From Moniliella sp. 'wahieum' (Eukaryota), in assembly GCA_003971905.1 (NCBI GenBank), contig RSEE01000084.1:1-64000 (forward strand): DNA of 64,000 nt, read 5' to 3'. The notes under the pieces were generated by a model that saw only the letters and a program-made list of their open reading frames with translations, did not search any database and was not told the DNA's origin. Below, piece after piece: positions 11,601 through 24,800 of the stretch (position 1 is its first letter; each line of letters opens with the position of its first letter). The position numbers were made by a program, and so were the translations under genes.

Positions 11601-12477
11601 AGGGCCGCTCCATGCCCTCTTGCGGTAAGGGCGCCAAGGGATCCAGCTTGATGGGGGGGCGGCGGGCTGGGCCGGTGGGAGGCCACCTTGCGATCCGAGT
11701 TGTGGGCATGCACTAGGCGCGAGACGGCCATGCGGTCGGCCATGCGGCTCTGGCCCTTGGGCGCCGGTGGTGGCACGGGGGGCTGGTTGACCAACGTCTC
11801 GAGCATGGCCACTGCATTTTCCGCGTCGGTGGCGGGTTCGGGTCGTGGCGAAGGCTCCTCCTCGGCGGCGGTGTACTTGCGGACCGAGGGGGGCAAGGCT
11901 CGGTCGGGATCATCGGCGGTGGTGCGAGATCGTTGGGCCAGCTGGGCTTGAAGCTGGTGCATGCGCGCCTTGAGATGGGCATACTCCTGGGCCATGTCGG
12001 CCGGTTGATGGGGTCGGCAGCAGGACGGGGGCACGGCGGGCCTGGTCGAGGGCGGCCTGGAGGCGCTGGGTATGGATGCGGTCCTGGCGGCGTGGTTCTC
12101 CAGCTGGTCGATCCGATCTTGCAGCGCGAGGAGATGGGTGTTCGGTTTGGGCTCGCACGGCAGCGACGGTCTGGTCGTGTTCGCGCTCGGCGCGCTCCTG
12201 GCGGCGCGGTGCTTAAAGTACTCGACGTGGCACGACTGCTCGTCGCCGCGCTTGATGCACTGTTCGCAGGGGATCTCGCGGCTGCAGCGGATCTTGCGGT
12301 CGCTGTGGGGGGTGAGCAAGGCGGGCGGAGCGGAGCGGGAGGGAGACGTACCGGCAGTGGGTGCAGCTGAGGGCGAGGCGGTTGCGCTTGCGGGGCGGGG
12401 GCTTGCTGGGGCCGGGGCGGATGGGAGAGCATGCCGTGGGCGGGGGCGGCGGGGGGGGGCAGCGGATGGAGTGGCAT
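8691..12477 (-). CDS. Zn(II)2Cys6 fungal transcription factor with middle homology region (intron 12303-12351; multiple frameshifts; start approximate)
   Basis: RKRNRLALSCTHCR|DRKIRCSREIPCEQCIKRGDEQSC across a GTACGT..CTCAC..CAG intron. Downstream fragments FPTREVMYDLFDSY, YEMGKRVWWSLVSRDW and LHNIIFSQLLRLHR...HLFQAAAVLVLDL are typical of the fungal TF domain. Confidence 0.88.
9160..9340 (-). repeat. 18-bp coding repeat with alternating 36-bp higher-order unit encoding (TSAPPS-TSAAPS)n
   Basis: gcagaagtcgaaggcgga and gcagaagtcgaaggcgca alternate, inside the TF C-terminal low-complexity tail. Confidence 0.92.
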
Positions 12478-13869
12478 GGGGGAGAAGGTGGCGGACGAGC
12501 TGCTGGGTGGGAGTGCTGGCTGCGTACTGCGGCTGCGTGCTGGTCCAGCAGCCTGGGGCGGAGCGGAGGGAAGACGGAGGGGAGGATGCACGAGTTGCTG
12601 GGGGGGCTGTGTTGCGGAGTAGGGTTGGTGTGCAAGAAGCGTCAAGCGTACGCTGAAGCTGAAGCTCGACACGCTGGGTTGCGCTTCGGAGTGGGCCGCC
12701 ACCCAACGTCCAGCGTCCAGCGCCCATCGGCTAGCACCTCACAACGCGCACGCGGCAGCCAGCAGCCAAAAGCGGGACGCTCATAAGCAGCTGCCCAGCA
12801 TTGTGAATCGCACGCCGCCCACTCACCAGCACTGCGCCGCACTCGCATCGCCCTGCCGCTGTCCGTGTCCATGTCACCATGTCACCAGTCACTCCTGCCA
12901 CACGCATCACAGGCACCCAGCCACATCACATGCATCCCACCGCACCCCCCTCGTCCCCACATCAATGTACGTAGCCCTGGTACGCTACGTATCCCTCTTC
13001 ACGCCGTACTCCGCTCTCAGATCTCAGACTGAGATCTCACGCAATACAAAAAACAAACCACGTCGACTGGGTGGCCTGCTATGTACCTCCGCCGTTCGAC
13101 TGTCCCTCCAGCGTCGAGCGTCTGGCGCTTTGTCCCTGTCAGACGTGCAGCCGGAACACTCCGCCGGACTGCGCGAGCAACCCTACCATTCCTGCATCCC
13201 TGGCCAGGTGGCACAGGCGGCACAGGAGGCTGGGGCGCGGGAGGGCGCGGGAAGGCGCATTGGTGTGGTCGGGAGTGGCCGGTCCCCTATGCATGTGATC
13301 GATCTCAGATCTCACCCTGAGACCAGCGTCGATGTGTGATGTATGATGCATGATTCCATCCACAGCGCTCCTGCGCTCCTGCGTGCCACGGGTCACATCC
13401 ACACTCCGCCCAGTGGCACATGGCAGCAGCCCCAGAGGAGCTGCAATGCGTAATGCACAATGGCAGCGCGGCACCTCGCAGCCCTTCACGTTTCACTATC
13501 CCCCTGCCGCCCTCCTGCCCACCCCATTCGCATCCTATCAGCACACCGCCCAAAGCTTAATACGCAGACGCTCACCGGTCACCGATTGACAGTCTGCGAC
13601 CCATCCCCTCCGATCTGAGACACGCAACCTCGGATCTGAGACGAACCCCCTACTGCGCTTCCCAAGCTCCAAGGCTTCTATTGATCAAAGTGAAGCTTGA
13701 AACTTGAACGTCTTGAACCCCGCCTGCCGCTCCAGGGCGAAAAAATGGGGGCAGGGCAAGGTGCTTTAACTTTCCTAATAGTTACGCGTTACGGAGGGAT
13801 CAAAATGGGCGAGCGCGATGAATGCGTCACGCCCACAATTAATAAGGACTTGGAACACGGTGCTAGAGG

Positions 13870-14270
13870 GTAGTGCTAGGGTTCACCTGCACTCTCTCCA
13901 ATGGATCGGTGATGCTCGCTGGTTCGGGTGATTCGCACCTTGCGTGGCCAACGCCACCCCTTTGTCTGTTCCGACTTGCTTGACTCTTATCTTCTTCCCT
14001 TCAGCTTGCTTGAAGGACTTGTGGCTGACTGCCCTGCCTTCTTGCACGCCTTGAAGCTTATCTCTCGTGCTGCCCATAGCGTTTCCCAGCTGCAGTCTAG
14101 CACACGGGTGTCCGTCAACGCTTAACGTCGTTAACTGACACAAGTGGCTAGCTACACGCTCCCAAGCCAAGGACGATTTTGCGCTGTGCGGCATGTTGGC
14201 CCAGGGCGCCGGACGGGCAGAAGGATGAGGAGAAGGTGATGGATTATTGGAGCCAGAGTTGGGTCTGGTG
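13870..14270 (-). mobile_element. Possible 3' fragment of a LINE ORF2
   Basis: Minus-strand LDCSWETLWAAREISFK resembles the WxxWxxRxxxxF motif at the end of non-LTR ORF2; the surrounding sequence is not an open gene. Confidence 0.25.
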
Positions 14271-14799
14271 CAGAGGCATCTATATAGGGGGCCGGACTAG
14301 GCACAGGGCCAGTGAGTCACACAGGAGAGAGTGCAGGGCACCGGGACAGGGACACGCAGGGACGCCCGCGTGGAAGCCGATGGAACCGAGGCGAACCTGG
14401 TCTACCGACTGAGAGCCGGAGGTTGTCAGCGCCAGCATGCATGCAGCTGAGCACGCATCATGCATCGCGCTGTTCTATCCGACTCTCCCCTAGTTCTGCC
14501 CTTAGCGGTTACCTCTCTTGGAATAGATCTATCACCTCCTCCTTCTCTCTCCTTCTCTCCGTAGGCTTTTGTTCTCGCTTTATTAACAGGAGGATCACAG
14601 TCAACACGGGACGGAAACAGCCAATGGTATGGACAACGTCTCCGACCTCTCCACACCAAAAGAGACTGGAATACAAAAGGTCCAGGCGCCGCTATGTGAC
14701 CGCGCTTTGCGTCCTATCCCGGATCTCCCCGCATCTGGCCCCCCGTGTGCTATATAGGTTGTGGTGGGGATTGAGCTCGAGAGATTGAGGGAAACCGTC

Positions 14800-17150
14800 A
14801 ATCGTAGCGTCTGTCACGGGTGGGCGCCGCCAGGGGGCCCGCCCTGGGGTTGTGGGGTACATCCCTTAGGGACGGTAGGTCGACTCACGGTAGTTCGGGC
14901 TTGGGCTGGTTGGTGGATCCGAGCGGAGCTAGGGACGAGGAGAGGCTTTTGGTGGGGCGCTGCTCGTGTGGCAAGGCTGCGTCTGCACCGGCTGGGCCGT
15001 AGTAACGGTCTGAAGCCTCCGGACTTAGGGACGGGGGAGGCAGGGGGACACAACACTGCCTCAACTGAGACTGGAAATCGACGCAGCCAGAGGGCTCGTG
15101 CGACTGGACTGACGGATTGATGGAGGACGAGGTCGGAGGAGATGTCGGAACGCTAACAAGAGGGAAGCTGCCTGTACTGGATCAATTGGCTGGAAAAACG
15201 GGCAGGAGTCAGAGGATAGGGGGAAAGGGCGAGAGGAGAGGAAGGAAGGTGGGGAAAGGACCCCATCAACCAGGGGTACAGGCAAGATCAAAAGGGAAAC
15301 GGATACAAGAGGAGGTGTAGAAAGGAAGACACGTCAAAAGCGGGTGTGGTCGCCACACGGCCGACCGAGAAAGGAAAAGGAAATCGGGACGGGGCGACAG
15401 ACGTCGCCACGACACTGGAAGTCGGTGGCCTTATTTAGGCCGGCCGACTTGGACTTGGGTGGGGGCTACTATTGTCGCGCGGATGCATGGTCCTTCGGCA
15501 GGGTACTTAATTTAGCCAACCATCATCCCACTCGGTTTGCCTGCGGAGAGCACGCTCTACCGGGCTATGTGCGAGCAGGCGGGCCTTAGCTTCGGTCGGA
15601 CCATCTCGAGTCCGCCGCAGCCGTGACAGCGTCCTTGGGCTGGTGATGTAACGCCGCACTGGTGTAGTGGCAACGGAACCCCAATCCCGGAACCTTCCGG
15701 TTCATTCCTTCTCCAACATTCCTTCCCGGAGGGCAAGAATAGTATCTGGCCTCTGTAGCTCATGTGCAATGCAATACCCTGTCACTGCCTGCTCTCTAGT
15801 CTTAGTCTACAGCTTCTGGTAAGCTTCTGACGCTATCCGACCTTCCGTGCAACAGGGAGAAGAGGAAGGAGGGAACGAGACGCGGCAGTATCATAATCCG
15901 GAGCGCACGAGTCGCGGAACACTGTAGCCAGTTCTGCTTTCCATCCGCGGCATGGCCGATCATGGGAGTTGCAGGCATGAGAATAGATTCAACTGCTGTT
16001 CGCTGTAGTAGTTTTCCTGACGGGGCATGGGCTCATACCTCTGGCCGAGGAATCAACACAACACTCCGATACTGTCATGGGCGGGCCCCGAACTGAAGCC
16101 CGAACCATAGCTTAGGGGGGTGCTTTCCCTTGGGGAGAACAGAGACTACTCACGGTTTATCGAGCCGGAACAATACGGGAAGATCTAACCGGATCTTATA
16201 GCTCGCTAGAGACGAGACAAGGCCCCTCCATTGGGGCGTTACTTTTCGACTCGTGTGGCGTAGTTATACGCAAGCACCGGAACGAGCGGGACTAACGTGC
16301 CTGGAGTCCGTGGTTCTGAGGCTTGGCCGGAAGGCTGAACTGGAGTAGGACAAGCCCTGTCTGACAGAACAACTCACAACGCTTGTAGGATCGCCGCGGG
16401 ATCCGTGCAGGGTATAGACTGAAAGCTAGGTATTGACCGCAACGTGAATGCCCCGTCGAAAGAATACGGAAAGACCAACAGGTGGCAGATGGGAGCAGTA
16501 GGCCCGTAGGACTGCTGGTGAACTAGAGAAACACGAGAGTGGATTGATTGGTCAAGGTGAGATGGATTGGCAAAGGATGTTGTACAAGTAGTACACAAAA
16601 GGCGAAAGGAAGGAATGATGAACGACTAAGATGAAGAAGAAGACGAAGGAAAAGACGAAATGAGCCGTTAGGGGGGAAAGGATCATGGAGGAAGGTCATA
16701 CAGGCAGGAACTATAAGACATAGACAACTACCCCCAATGGAGAAAGAGGAAAATGCTCCGTCTCAACCAGGAATGATAACACAGTCAACCCAGAGATGCC
16801 CAAGGGAAATGGCAGGTTCTCCGCCCTCAACTAGAAACGTAAAAAGGCATGAGCCAGGGCGAATCCCCCAATGAAACGAGACACTTATCAGATCAGAAAA
16901 CTGACGTGCAGGTCCAGAGCCTCAGCCTAGATTTCACTGGCATTCAAGAACCAAAGACCAAATACTCATGTGGAGTAGGATATCAGGGACTCAGAACCGC
17001 ACGCATGGACTACTTCGGCCGTACGGACAGGACATGAACCTTGATGCTCATGGGAGCATGCTTCGTTCGGACACAATCGAGCGCATGGGTTTTCACGGCT
17101 TCACTGTCAATTCGACTATAGTTTTGACGCGTGTTGACGTAGACCTATAA
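14800..17150 (+). mobile_element. Degenerate non-LTR retrotransposon (LINE): putative ORF1 remnant plus start of the APE endonuclease
   Basis: At 16830-16965, RNVKGM...SLDFTGIQEPK (one frameshift) matches the N-terminal xNVxG...DxxxxQEx motifs of LINE AP-endonucleases. The upstream sequence is stop-ridden, so its boundaries are uncertain. Confidence 0.45.
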
Positions 17151-18140
17151 CCCAAGCAATAAGGGTACGAGGGCAGATGATGGGCTCGCGGCGGGCCACC
17201 CGCCTTCGTGCCCGGAACAGATACCCCCGTCCAACTTCTTTCATATGCGTCCACCACAACATTGTTCAACTTGTGTACCGTCAGTACTCAATACACACGT
17301 CTCAGTCTGAACCCTGAAAGCTCAATCTGTGCACTCCTGTCACCCCGATTCCCTGCTGATGCGTGTAGTGAGATATAGTAACTCACTCGATGGCGTTTAC
17401 GTTGCTTGTTGAGGCTTGATTAGTAGCTTGCTTGGTCTCTCTTCCGGTGCTCACCTCTCCTGGCTTCAATCACTTGCCTTCAAACTTTTGTCCGACTTCG
17501 TGCTCCTCCATTCTTCAATCCACTCACACAACTACTACTCGCCGTCTTCCGTGTGAGTATCCTATACACCCTTGGATCCCTCTTAACTCTCTATTGCTTC
17601 TATTTTTTCCCTTTGAGATCAACCTCCCGGTGATGTAGGCGGGATCTTTCCCCGCCTTTCATTTTCCCCAACTCTTCTGCCATTGCTCTGTTCACCACCT
17701 GCCGATTTCCAGGCATTTGATTACCACTAGCCAGGGAGTCCAGCCCAATATGGCGCGGGGCCTCTCCACGCGCTCAAGTCCCGAGAAAGTCCAAGGCTTC
17801 ATCCCCGATCAATACTACGCACGCCGAGAAACCACCCTCCTTGTCCCGAGCCCCGCTCAGATCCACCAACTACCGTGGCAGCTCAAGCAAACAGAAACTA
17901 CCGTCAGTTATCCTTCCGTGTTCAAAAGGATTACCCCAAACCTAGGTGAACCCCATCCTGTCCGTGTAGTAGTATTGTAGTTGTGCCAAAGAAACGAAGA
18001 GGGACAGGAGGGGGGGGAAGAGAGGCAAGACCTAGACCAAGGCCAGAGAGAGAGGAAGGCTATCTGGAAAAGAGGGAACATAGAGATGAAATTAGTCTGT
18101 GGGAAAAGAACTGTGTGAACGATTGCGAACAAGCCCGAGA

Positions 18141-18168
18141 CCCAACACACGTTGGGCACCGACACTAG
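18141..18168 (+). mobile_element. Helitron-like 3' terminus (hairpin + CTAG)
   Basis: CCCAAC-acac-GTTGGG hairpin followed 8 nt later by CTAG; the next base is G rather than the usual T. Confidence 0.3.
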
Positions 18169-18199
18169 GGTATCAGACGCAGTGCACGGGTACTACGGC

Positions 18200-18900
18200 A
18201 TAACGGCCCCGTCATCACGTCACGTCTTTCATCCCGCGCAGAAACCGCCAGATGCCAGCGCGCAGCGCGTCGCGCTCGCGCATGAACTTGGCTCGGCCTG
18301 ACTCTAGCCAGTGACGACGTACCCTCGGACTGCTGGAGCATTGACACCTAAGTACAGTCCGAGTAGCTTCACAGACGCGGCCGTTCCACCATACTCGTGC
18401 ATCACGGTCCGTGGCGATCGCGGCCAAAATATTAACGCTGCAATGCGCACGGCGTGCTTGGCCGCCAGTTTGTCCTCCTGCAGAGTGGTACGGGCTAACG
18501 CTGTGCGACAGCACGGTTTTCGTCGAGGTGCCTCTGTGGTGGTCTCCGACCTCCATGACGAAGAGAACTCGACCGGCGACAAGTCAAGGTCATCGCGGTC
18601 AGTTCGCAATCCATAGTCAATCCGCCACGTTCGTGAACATTAGTTTGCGAAAATCTTTCGGGCGCAGTGGTAAGTTCATTGTTCATTCCCATTGGCGACG
18701 GTGAGGTGATATCCCGCACTGCAGAGAGGGAAATCAACATAACAAGCTGCGAGCTGCTTGAACGCCGAGTCGGGTTCGCCTTGCACAATCCGATGTGGGC
18801 AAGGGCATGCGTCGTGCGCAAGTTGCCCTGTTGCCGAGTAGTGAGTTTGGACGTCTGAGCCACAGCAACGAGCTTCGTCCTGCTCAGAAGCGAGACTGTC
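18200..18900 (-). mobile_element. Degenerate LINE reverse-transcriptase C-terminal fragment (Tad1-like)
   Basis: DRDDL (decayed YADD position), then VKLLGLYLG and, after a shift, HW...AKF...AL...IW, matching the end of non-LTR RT domains. Confidence 0.35.
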
Positions 18901-19971
18901 TGAGTGGGCTCAGTCAAAATGGATTCGTACCGCGTCCTGAGCTGTGTTGGACGACGAATCGGCTCGCGCCATGGAAGAATAAGAATTGAGTAGGCTGGAG
19001 TGCTGACTTTGTGGCGCTTTACACTGCTTGATGTTTTTCGTCCCAGTTAACGGCGAGGGAAGACGCGCCCTAGGGATAAGGAATTGCGCCTGCGGAGAAG
19101 GAATCTCTTAGTAGTTGTTCAAGGTCATATAGGTTGTTGGATTGGCTTTCGTGGCGCGCAGAGCGACAACGACAGGTACCCTACTAGCAATGATGTGGCG
19201 CAAATGATGGGGCCACCAGGGAATGGTCTTGCACCCTTGACGAGATTCGTATTAGCTTCCCGAAAGCCTCCTATCCCGTCTCCCACCATTGGCCCGTTAC
19301 CACCACGGTCCACCGGGGTCGATGGTCTTGATCCCGCACCCTGCCTCCCCTAGGCTGTTTCACGTTTTTTCAACCTAGCACAAGCGGTCCCCTGGTCACC
19401 TACGAAACTGACCATCCGAAGGGAAGATGGAAAGAAAAAAATCTGCGTGGTGCAACGCAATATGCAATCAAAGTATACAGAAGCTGTGGCCCTGAGGGAC
19501 TCCGGTGAGTACGGTGTATTATAGACCCCCTCTCGGTGGCAAGGTGAGCAATGAACGAAGGTGCGCAGGAAAACAAAAGTGAGGAAAGACGGCTGTGCCC
19601 CACGGTCATGGGTTCATGCCTAGTAATGTCCCATCCTGCTGTGTCCAGAAGACAAAGCGAAGCATGACCCAGGAGGGAAAGTACACCGATACGAGATGGT
19701 CTGGTCTGCTTGCCAAGGTGAGGGGTACCGCCAGGGCGGAGTGCCGTACAGTACAGGGGGAAAGAACGGGGAATGAGGCGCGTGTCCAGAGCCTCGTGTC
19801 CTCAAGCGAATAACATGTCAGCGAGAGTGGGCTGTAGTAGGCCATGGCAAGGGCAGAGAGCGCGAAGGGAATGCAGAGATCGACCGGGTTGTGCGTATTA
19901 TATAGTTGGTTGGTGGCCATGCTCGAACCTCTCGTTGGCGATAGGGGGCCAATGCAACGGGTTAAACACGT

Positions 19972-21431
19972 TCAGATGCCCATCTGGCGTTTCACTGCCA
20001 GCCAAGTAGTAAAGCTAAGACGAAACCGGCAGGTTAGCGCTTAGCCCCTGGCCAAGCAGATGGAGAGAAAAGTGAGAGGGAGAACGTACCTGACAGCCGT
20101 CATGGGCATCACCTTTAACATGCCAATGCTCAAGCCAACGTAAAACCCGCGCCAGCCCGACGTGCGATAAATCCATCGAGCCGTTTCGCCAATCCCGACT
20201 AGCTCCGTGGGCCTCGTCTTGCCCCCGATCTGTTGGCATCGACGAATGACTTCAAATGGGTAGGCAGCCGTTTGCGAGATGGCTCCAGCAATACCGCCGG
20301 CCACCAGATCTTGCACCGTCTTGCTTGGTTGTGATTCGTCGGTTCTCCGGTGCAAAGTACGCATGGAGCCCGTTTTTGGTCCGGCCAAAGACGAGGAACG
20401 CGGTGTGCGTATGGGATCATGCCCATGACCGTGACGCTAAAGCCACGATAGAATTTGAGGAGGGGGAAGTGGGTCAACATCTCCTGGCTCGCGACAGCCG
20501 TATGTATTGGGTGGGAAGGTGGTCGGAGACCCGAGGAGCCAATGATGTGCTGGGCGCTGGTACGTGCGCTTCCTGGAAACGAGGCGCCGGTGCGGCCGAG
20601 AAGACCATGCGTGCTGTTGGTGGTATGGACAGCGGGGTGGGGAGGGAAGATGGGGTGTGTGCCCCACAGGCCGGGTATGTGCACCTGTCTGCTTTTCCGC
20701 ACATCATCTGAAAAGGGCGCGGCCGTAGAGCCCTCGGCGTAGATGGTGTGGGACGATGCGGAGCAGGTCGCCGTGGCGATGGTGGCGCTTTGTTTCAAAC
20801 GCCAAGCGAACGCGAATGAGTTCGAGCGGGTAGGTGCACAAGACGGAGAGCACCCCGAGGCAGAGCCAGCGAGGAAGAGACGAGTCGATGTCTCCTTATC
20901 CTCGGTGGGCATGAGGAGGAAATGGAGCTTGTCGTAGGCCATGTATTTGATCGCAGCGTAGGGAAAGATGCGGAGCATGGCACTGTGCCCTTGGAACAAG
21001 GCACCAGCGCCTTGCGTTTGCACAATATCCCTCGCCGCGTACACGACCCCAGTCAGGCGCCCGGCATACGCTGAAAAGTCAGGGTTGCGCGCTTGGAACA
21101 GGATCTTGATGCGATCCAGCGGAGCGACACTCGTCTTGGCCGCACACCCAGCGATGCCCCCGGCCAGTCCCGAGCGAAGGACGTAGGAAAGGGAGGTCTT
21201 GTCCTCCCGGGCACGCTCGACAGACAGCTGTGTCTGGAGCGTCCAAGGTGCGCCGCAGGCTGCCCTCTTGGCCTACAGCGCGGGGCGCGGAGGGGCATGG
21301 AGGCCGTGGAACTCAGCCTCAATGTCCTGGACCGCTTCGGGGGCCATGGACGCCTGGTCCGTCTCACAGAGCGCGGGGTTGCGCACGTCGAGTGGCAGGC
21401 GACCTCGAGCAGGAGGCGGAGGCGCAACCAT
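19972..21431 (-). CDS. LEU5: Mitochondrial carrier family protein, Leu5/SLC25A16-42-like CoA carrier (intron 20015-20089; frameshifts)
   Basis: [65 protein letters not shown] and [24 protein letters not shown] carry the PX[DE]XX[KR] carrier repeats. Confidence 0.85.
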
Positions 21432-21858
21432 GGTGGGGGGGGGGGGGGGTTGCTGATGTGGTGGTGGTGGTGGGGATGGACGCCGGCGTCGTCGTGGTGG
21501 CAGTCTCGCCAGGCCCCGAGGGCCGACGGCCTCAGGCCCAACTCCACCCGTCCCGCCGGGATGCGGTGGGGTGGGAGTGCCGCGAGAGAGGCCGTCCAAG
21601 ACAGCGGGCCCCCGGTTCACCGGGCCAACCGGGCCGGGGAGAGGGCCGGGGACCTCATGGACCACGTGATCCAATGGGACACGTGACGGGCGATGACGTC
21701 AGCCGCTCCCCAGGACTGCGCACCGCAACCCTACTGCAGCGTGCCCCAGGCTGACATAAGCAGGCACCCGCCCCCCGTCCCCCAGCAGACCTCCTCCTCG
21801 GGCTGGACGCGTCGGACGGGCTCCGAGCGCCGAGAGCAGCGATCCGAGCGCCGACGCC

Positions 21859-24800
21859 ATGCAAGCTGCGCTCGGCGTCGATGGCTGGGCCGAGTGTGCC
21901 GCCGCCGCCGGCCCGCCCCTCCGTCCCGGCGCCCAGAGCCAGACCGCCGCCGCCGCCCTGCCGCCCATCACCTGCACCGCCTTCGACCCCGCCTCCGAGC
22001 TGCTCTGGGCCGCCGATGCCGACGGCCGCGTGGCCAGCTACTTTGGCTCGACCCTCGAGCCCTACACGCGCTTCCTCGCCGCCCACCGCCCGCGCGAGCA
22101 CGCCGGCCCGGCGTTGCGCTCCCCCACGCCCGTCTCCGCCATCCTGCCCGACGAGCGCCTCATGTTCAGTGCCAGCCCGCGCGGCATCCATGCCGCCCCC
22201 GCCGCGGCGTCGCCCGCTGGTCCGTCTCCACCGCCGAGGCTGGCGTGCCTTCGCTCCGCCTCGCCGCCATGTGCGACAATGGTCCCGCCGGCGCCAGCGA
22301 GCTGGTCGCGGCCGGCGCGTCGTACCAGCTGGCTGCTTCCTCCTCCGCCGGCCCCGGCCCCGACGACGTGCTGCTGGCGGTGGCCAAGTCGAGCGGGCGG
22401 GTGGTCAACAAGGTTCCTGCCGAGTCGGACGCGCCCATTACGCACATGCGCAGCGCCGGGCGCTACATTGTTTCCGGCACTCAGTCCGGCCAGCTGCAGT
22501 TCCGTGACCCCGCACGCTGCGCTCGGTGCACCGCATGGCGTCCCACCCCGGCGGGCTGATCGACTTGGCGGCCGAGGGCAACTTGGTCTACTCGGTGGGC
22601 TGGACCATTCGTCTGGGCCACCCCGTGGCCGAGCCGTTTGTCAAGGTGACCGACATGCGTTCCTTCCGCTCCTTGGCGTCCGTCCCATTTGCTGCGCCCG
22701 GCGGGCCGGCGTACCTGGCCATCCACCCTCGTCTGTCGGGCACCGTGGTCGTTGCCGGGCCGACGGGTCTGTTCCAGATCGTGGATTCGGGCAGCCCGGG
22801 TCAATCTATCTTCCACCACATCCAGACCAACTCCTCCGTCTCGGCCTTGGCCATGGCTCCTACGGGGGACTACATTGCCTTTGGCTGCCAGGACGGAACG
22901 GTCAAACTTTGGTCGTCGGCCAATCCCGACACGACGCCCGGACTGCGGTTCAATGCGTACGACTCGGATCCGCCCGTCATTCCGGACCTTCCCTTGCCGC
23001 CGCCCGTGATTCAATGGAACGCAGACACGCCTCTGTCCAACGTCGGCATGCCGTTTTTAGCGGAGCGCCTGCTTTCGTACACCCCTCTTGAGGTGATGGG
23101 GACGCGCCTGTCGCCCCTCTTCACCCATCCCCAAGGTGGATGCCAAGCTCATCTCCACCATGCGGAGCTTGGACGGGAACTTGTTTGGCCAAGTCCCACG
23201 TTCGCTCCAAGGCAAGAGGAACGTTGTTGTCGACCGCACGCCGGCAACGGGTGGAGCCGTGCCCCTGTTCCGATCGGAACAGACCAAGCTCCGATCGGGG
23301 TCCGGGGAGACCCCCAGCTCCGACCCGTCTACCGGATTGGCGACTGATGCCGACGCTCTGCTGCTGGCGCCGGGGCTGCCATGCCGCCGTACTACCGTAC
23401 ACAGACGATCCAGTACAGCAAATTTGGCATTGAGGACTTTGATTTTGGGCTGTACAACAAGACGCACTACTCGGGCTTGGAGACGCACATTCGCCATTCC
23501 TATGCCAACAGCCTTGTTCAAGCCCTCCATTATCTCTTCCCGCTTCGCCACCTTGCCCAGGCCCACACCACGGTCGACTGTCCCCGGGAAGATTGTTTGT
23601 TGTGTGAGGCTGGCTTCCTATTCCGCATGCTCACCGACGCCAAGGGGCGAATTGCCAAGCGTCGAACCTGTACCGCGCATTTGGTCACCTCTCCTCCGTC
23701 ACGCATCTTGGTCTCCAAGATCCCGAGGACGGGCCCCCGCCAGCTGCCATGGCTGCGCCCGCGCAAGTCGCGTATGCTCACCTGAACCAGAAACTCAATT
23801 TGCTTTTCTTGGACACGTTTGCAACCGAGGCCGGCATTGGGCCTTTTCTCCTGTCTCGTCCACCGATCCAGGGCGACCGGACGCGGACCAAGTCGAGCCC
23901 AACTTGATCAAACGCTTGTTTTCCATTCGCGCGCTCACCAAATCCACCTGCGGCACCTGCTACATTTCGGGGAGCGAGATTCCTCTTCCTTAGTCTGTGA
24001 CCTAATCTACCCTCGCAAAGTACGTTGCCCTTCTTGCATTGGGTGGATTTTTGATTGACCCAACCGCGCACATGTGCAGGCCCTGTCGAACGAAGTGCAG
24101 CAACCGTCGGACTTTGCCTCGGTCTTACGCCACTCGCTCACGCGCCCGTGATTGCCAAGATGCTGTGTCGGGTGTGCCAGACGCCTCATGCAGCGGTGCG
24201 AACGCGCAGGGTGCTGGGCTCGAACGATTCGCTGCCACCGCTGTTCGCCATCCATGCGGGATCAACTCGCTGGATGCGTTCTCCTATTGGCTTGCCGGGT
24301 CCAGGACGGTGCCATCATCCTTGCTGCGACGCTGGGCTTGGTCCGTGGCACGCTGCAGGATGGTACGCCGCCGCGACCCTACCTGCCTCCGATGTTTGAT
24401 ATCAATGTGGTGGGCGAGACGATTGATACGAAGCCCGTGTATGGGGATACGCCGCCTCCACCGCTGTATGTGCGGTACGTGCTGCGCTCGATGGTGGCCC
24501 AGGTGCAGGCAGAAAAAGAGGCGCCGCATCTGGTCACCTTTGTCCGTACCTCGGACACGCCCGCGGGACACGTCAAGGGCTCTGCTCCTGCGCCGCGCCC
24601 GTTGGCCCGCCCAAGGCCGAGGGAGACTGGGTGCTGTTCAACGACTTTTTGGTCAAGCCCGTACCTCAGAGCGAGGCCTTGTCGGTGCATGAATGGAAAG
24701 TGCCGTCGGTGCTGTTTTTCGAAAAGGTGCATTCGCCGCTGCCGTCTCCGACGGAGCGGGATGCGGATCTGACCCAGCTCAGTACCAAGATCGATCCTTC

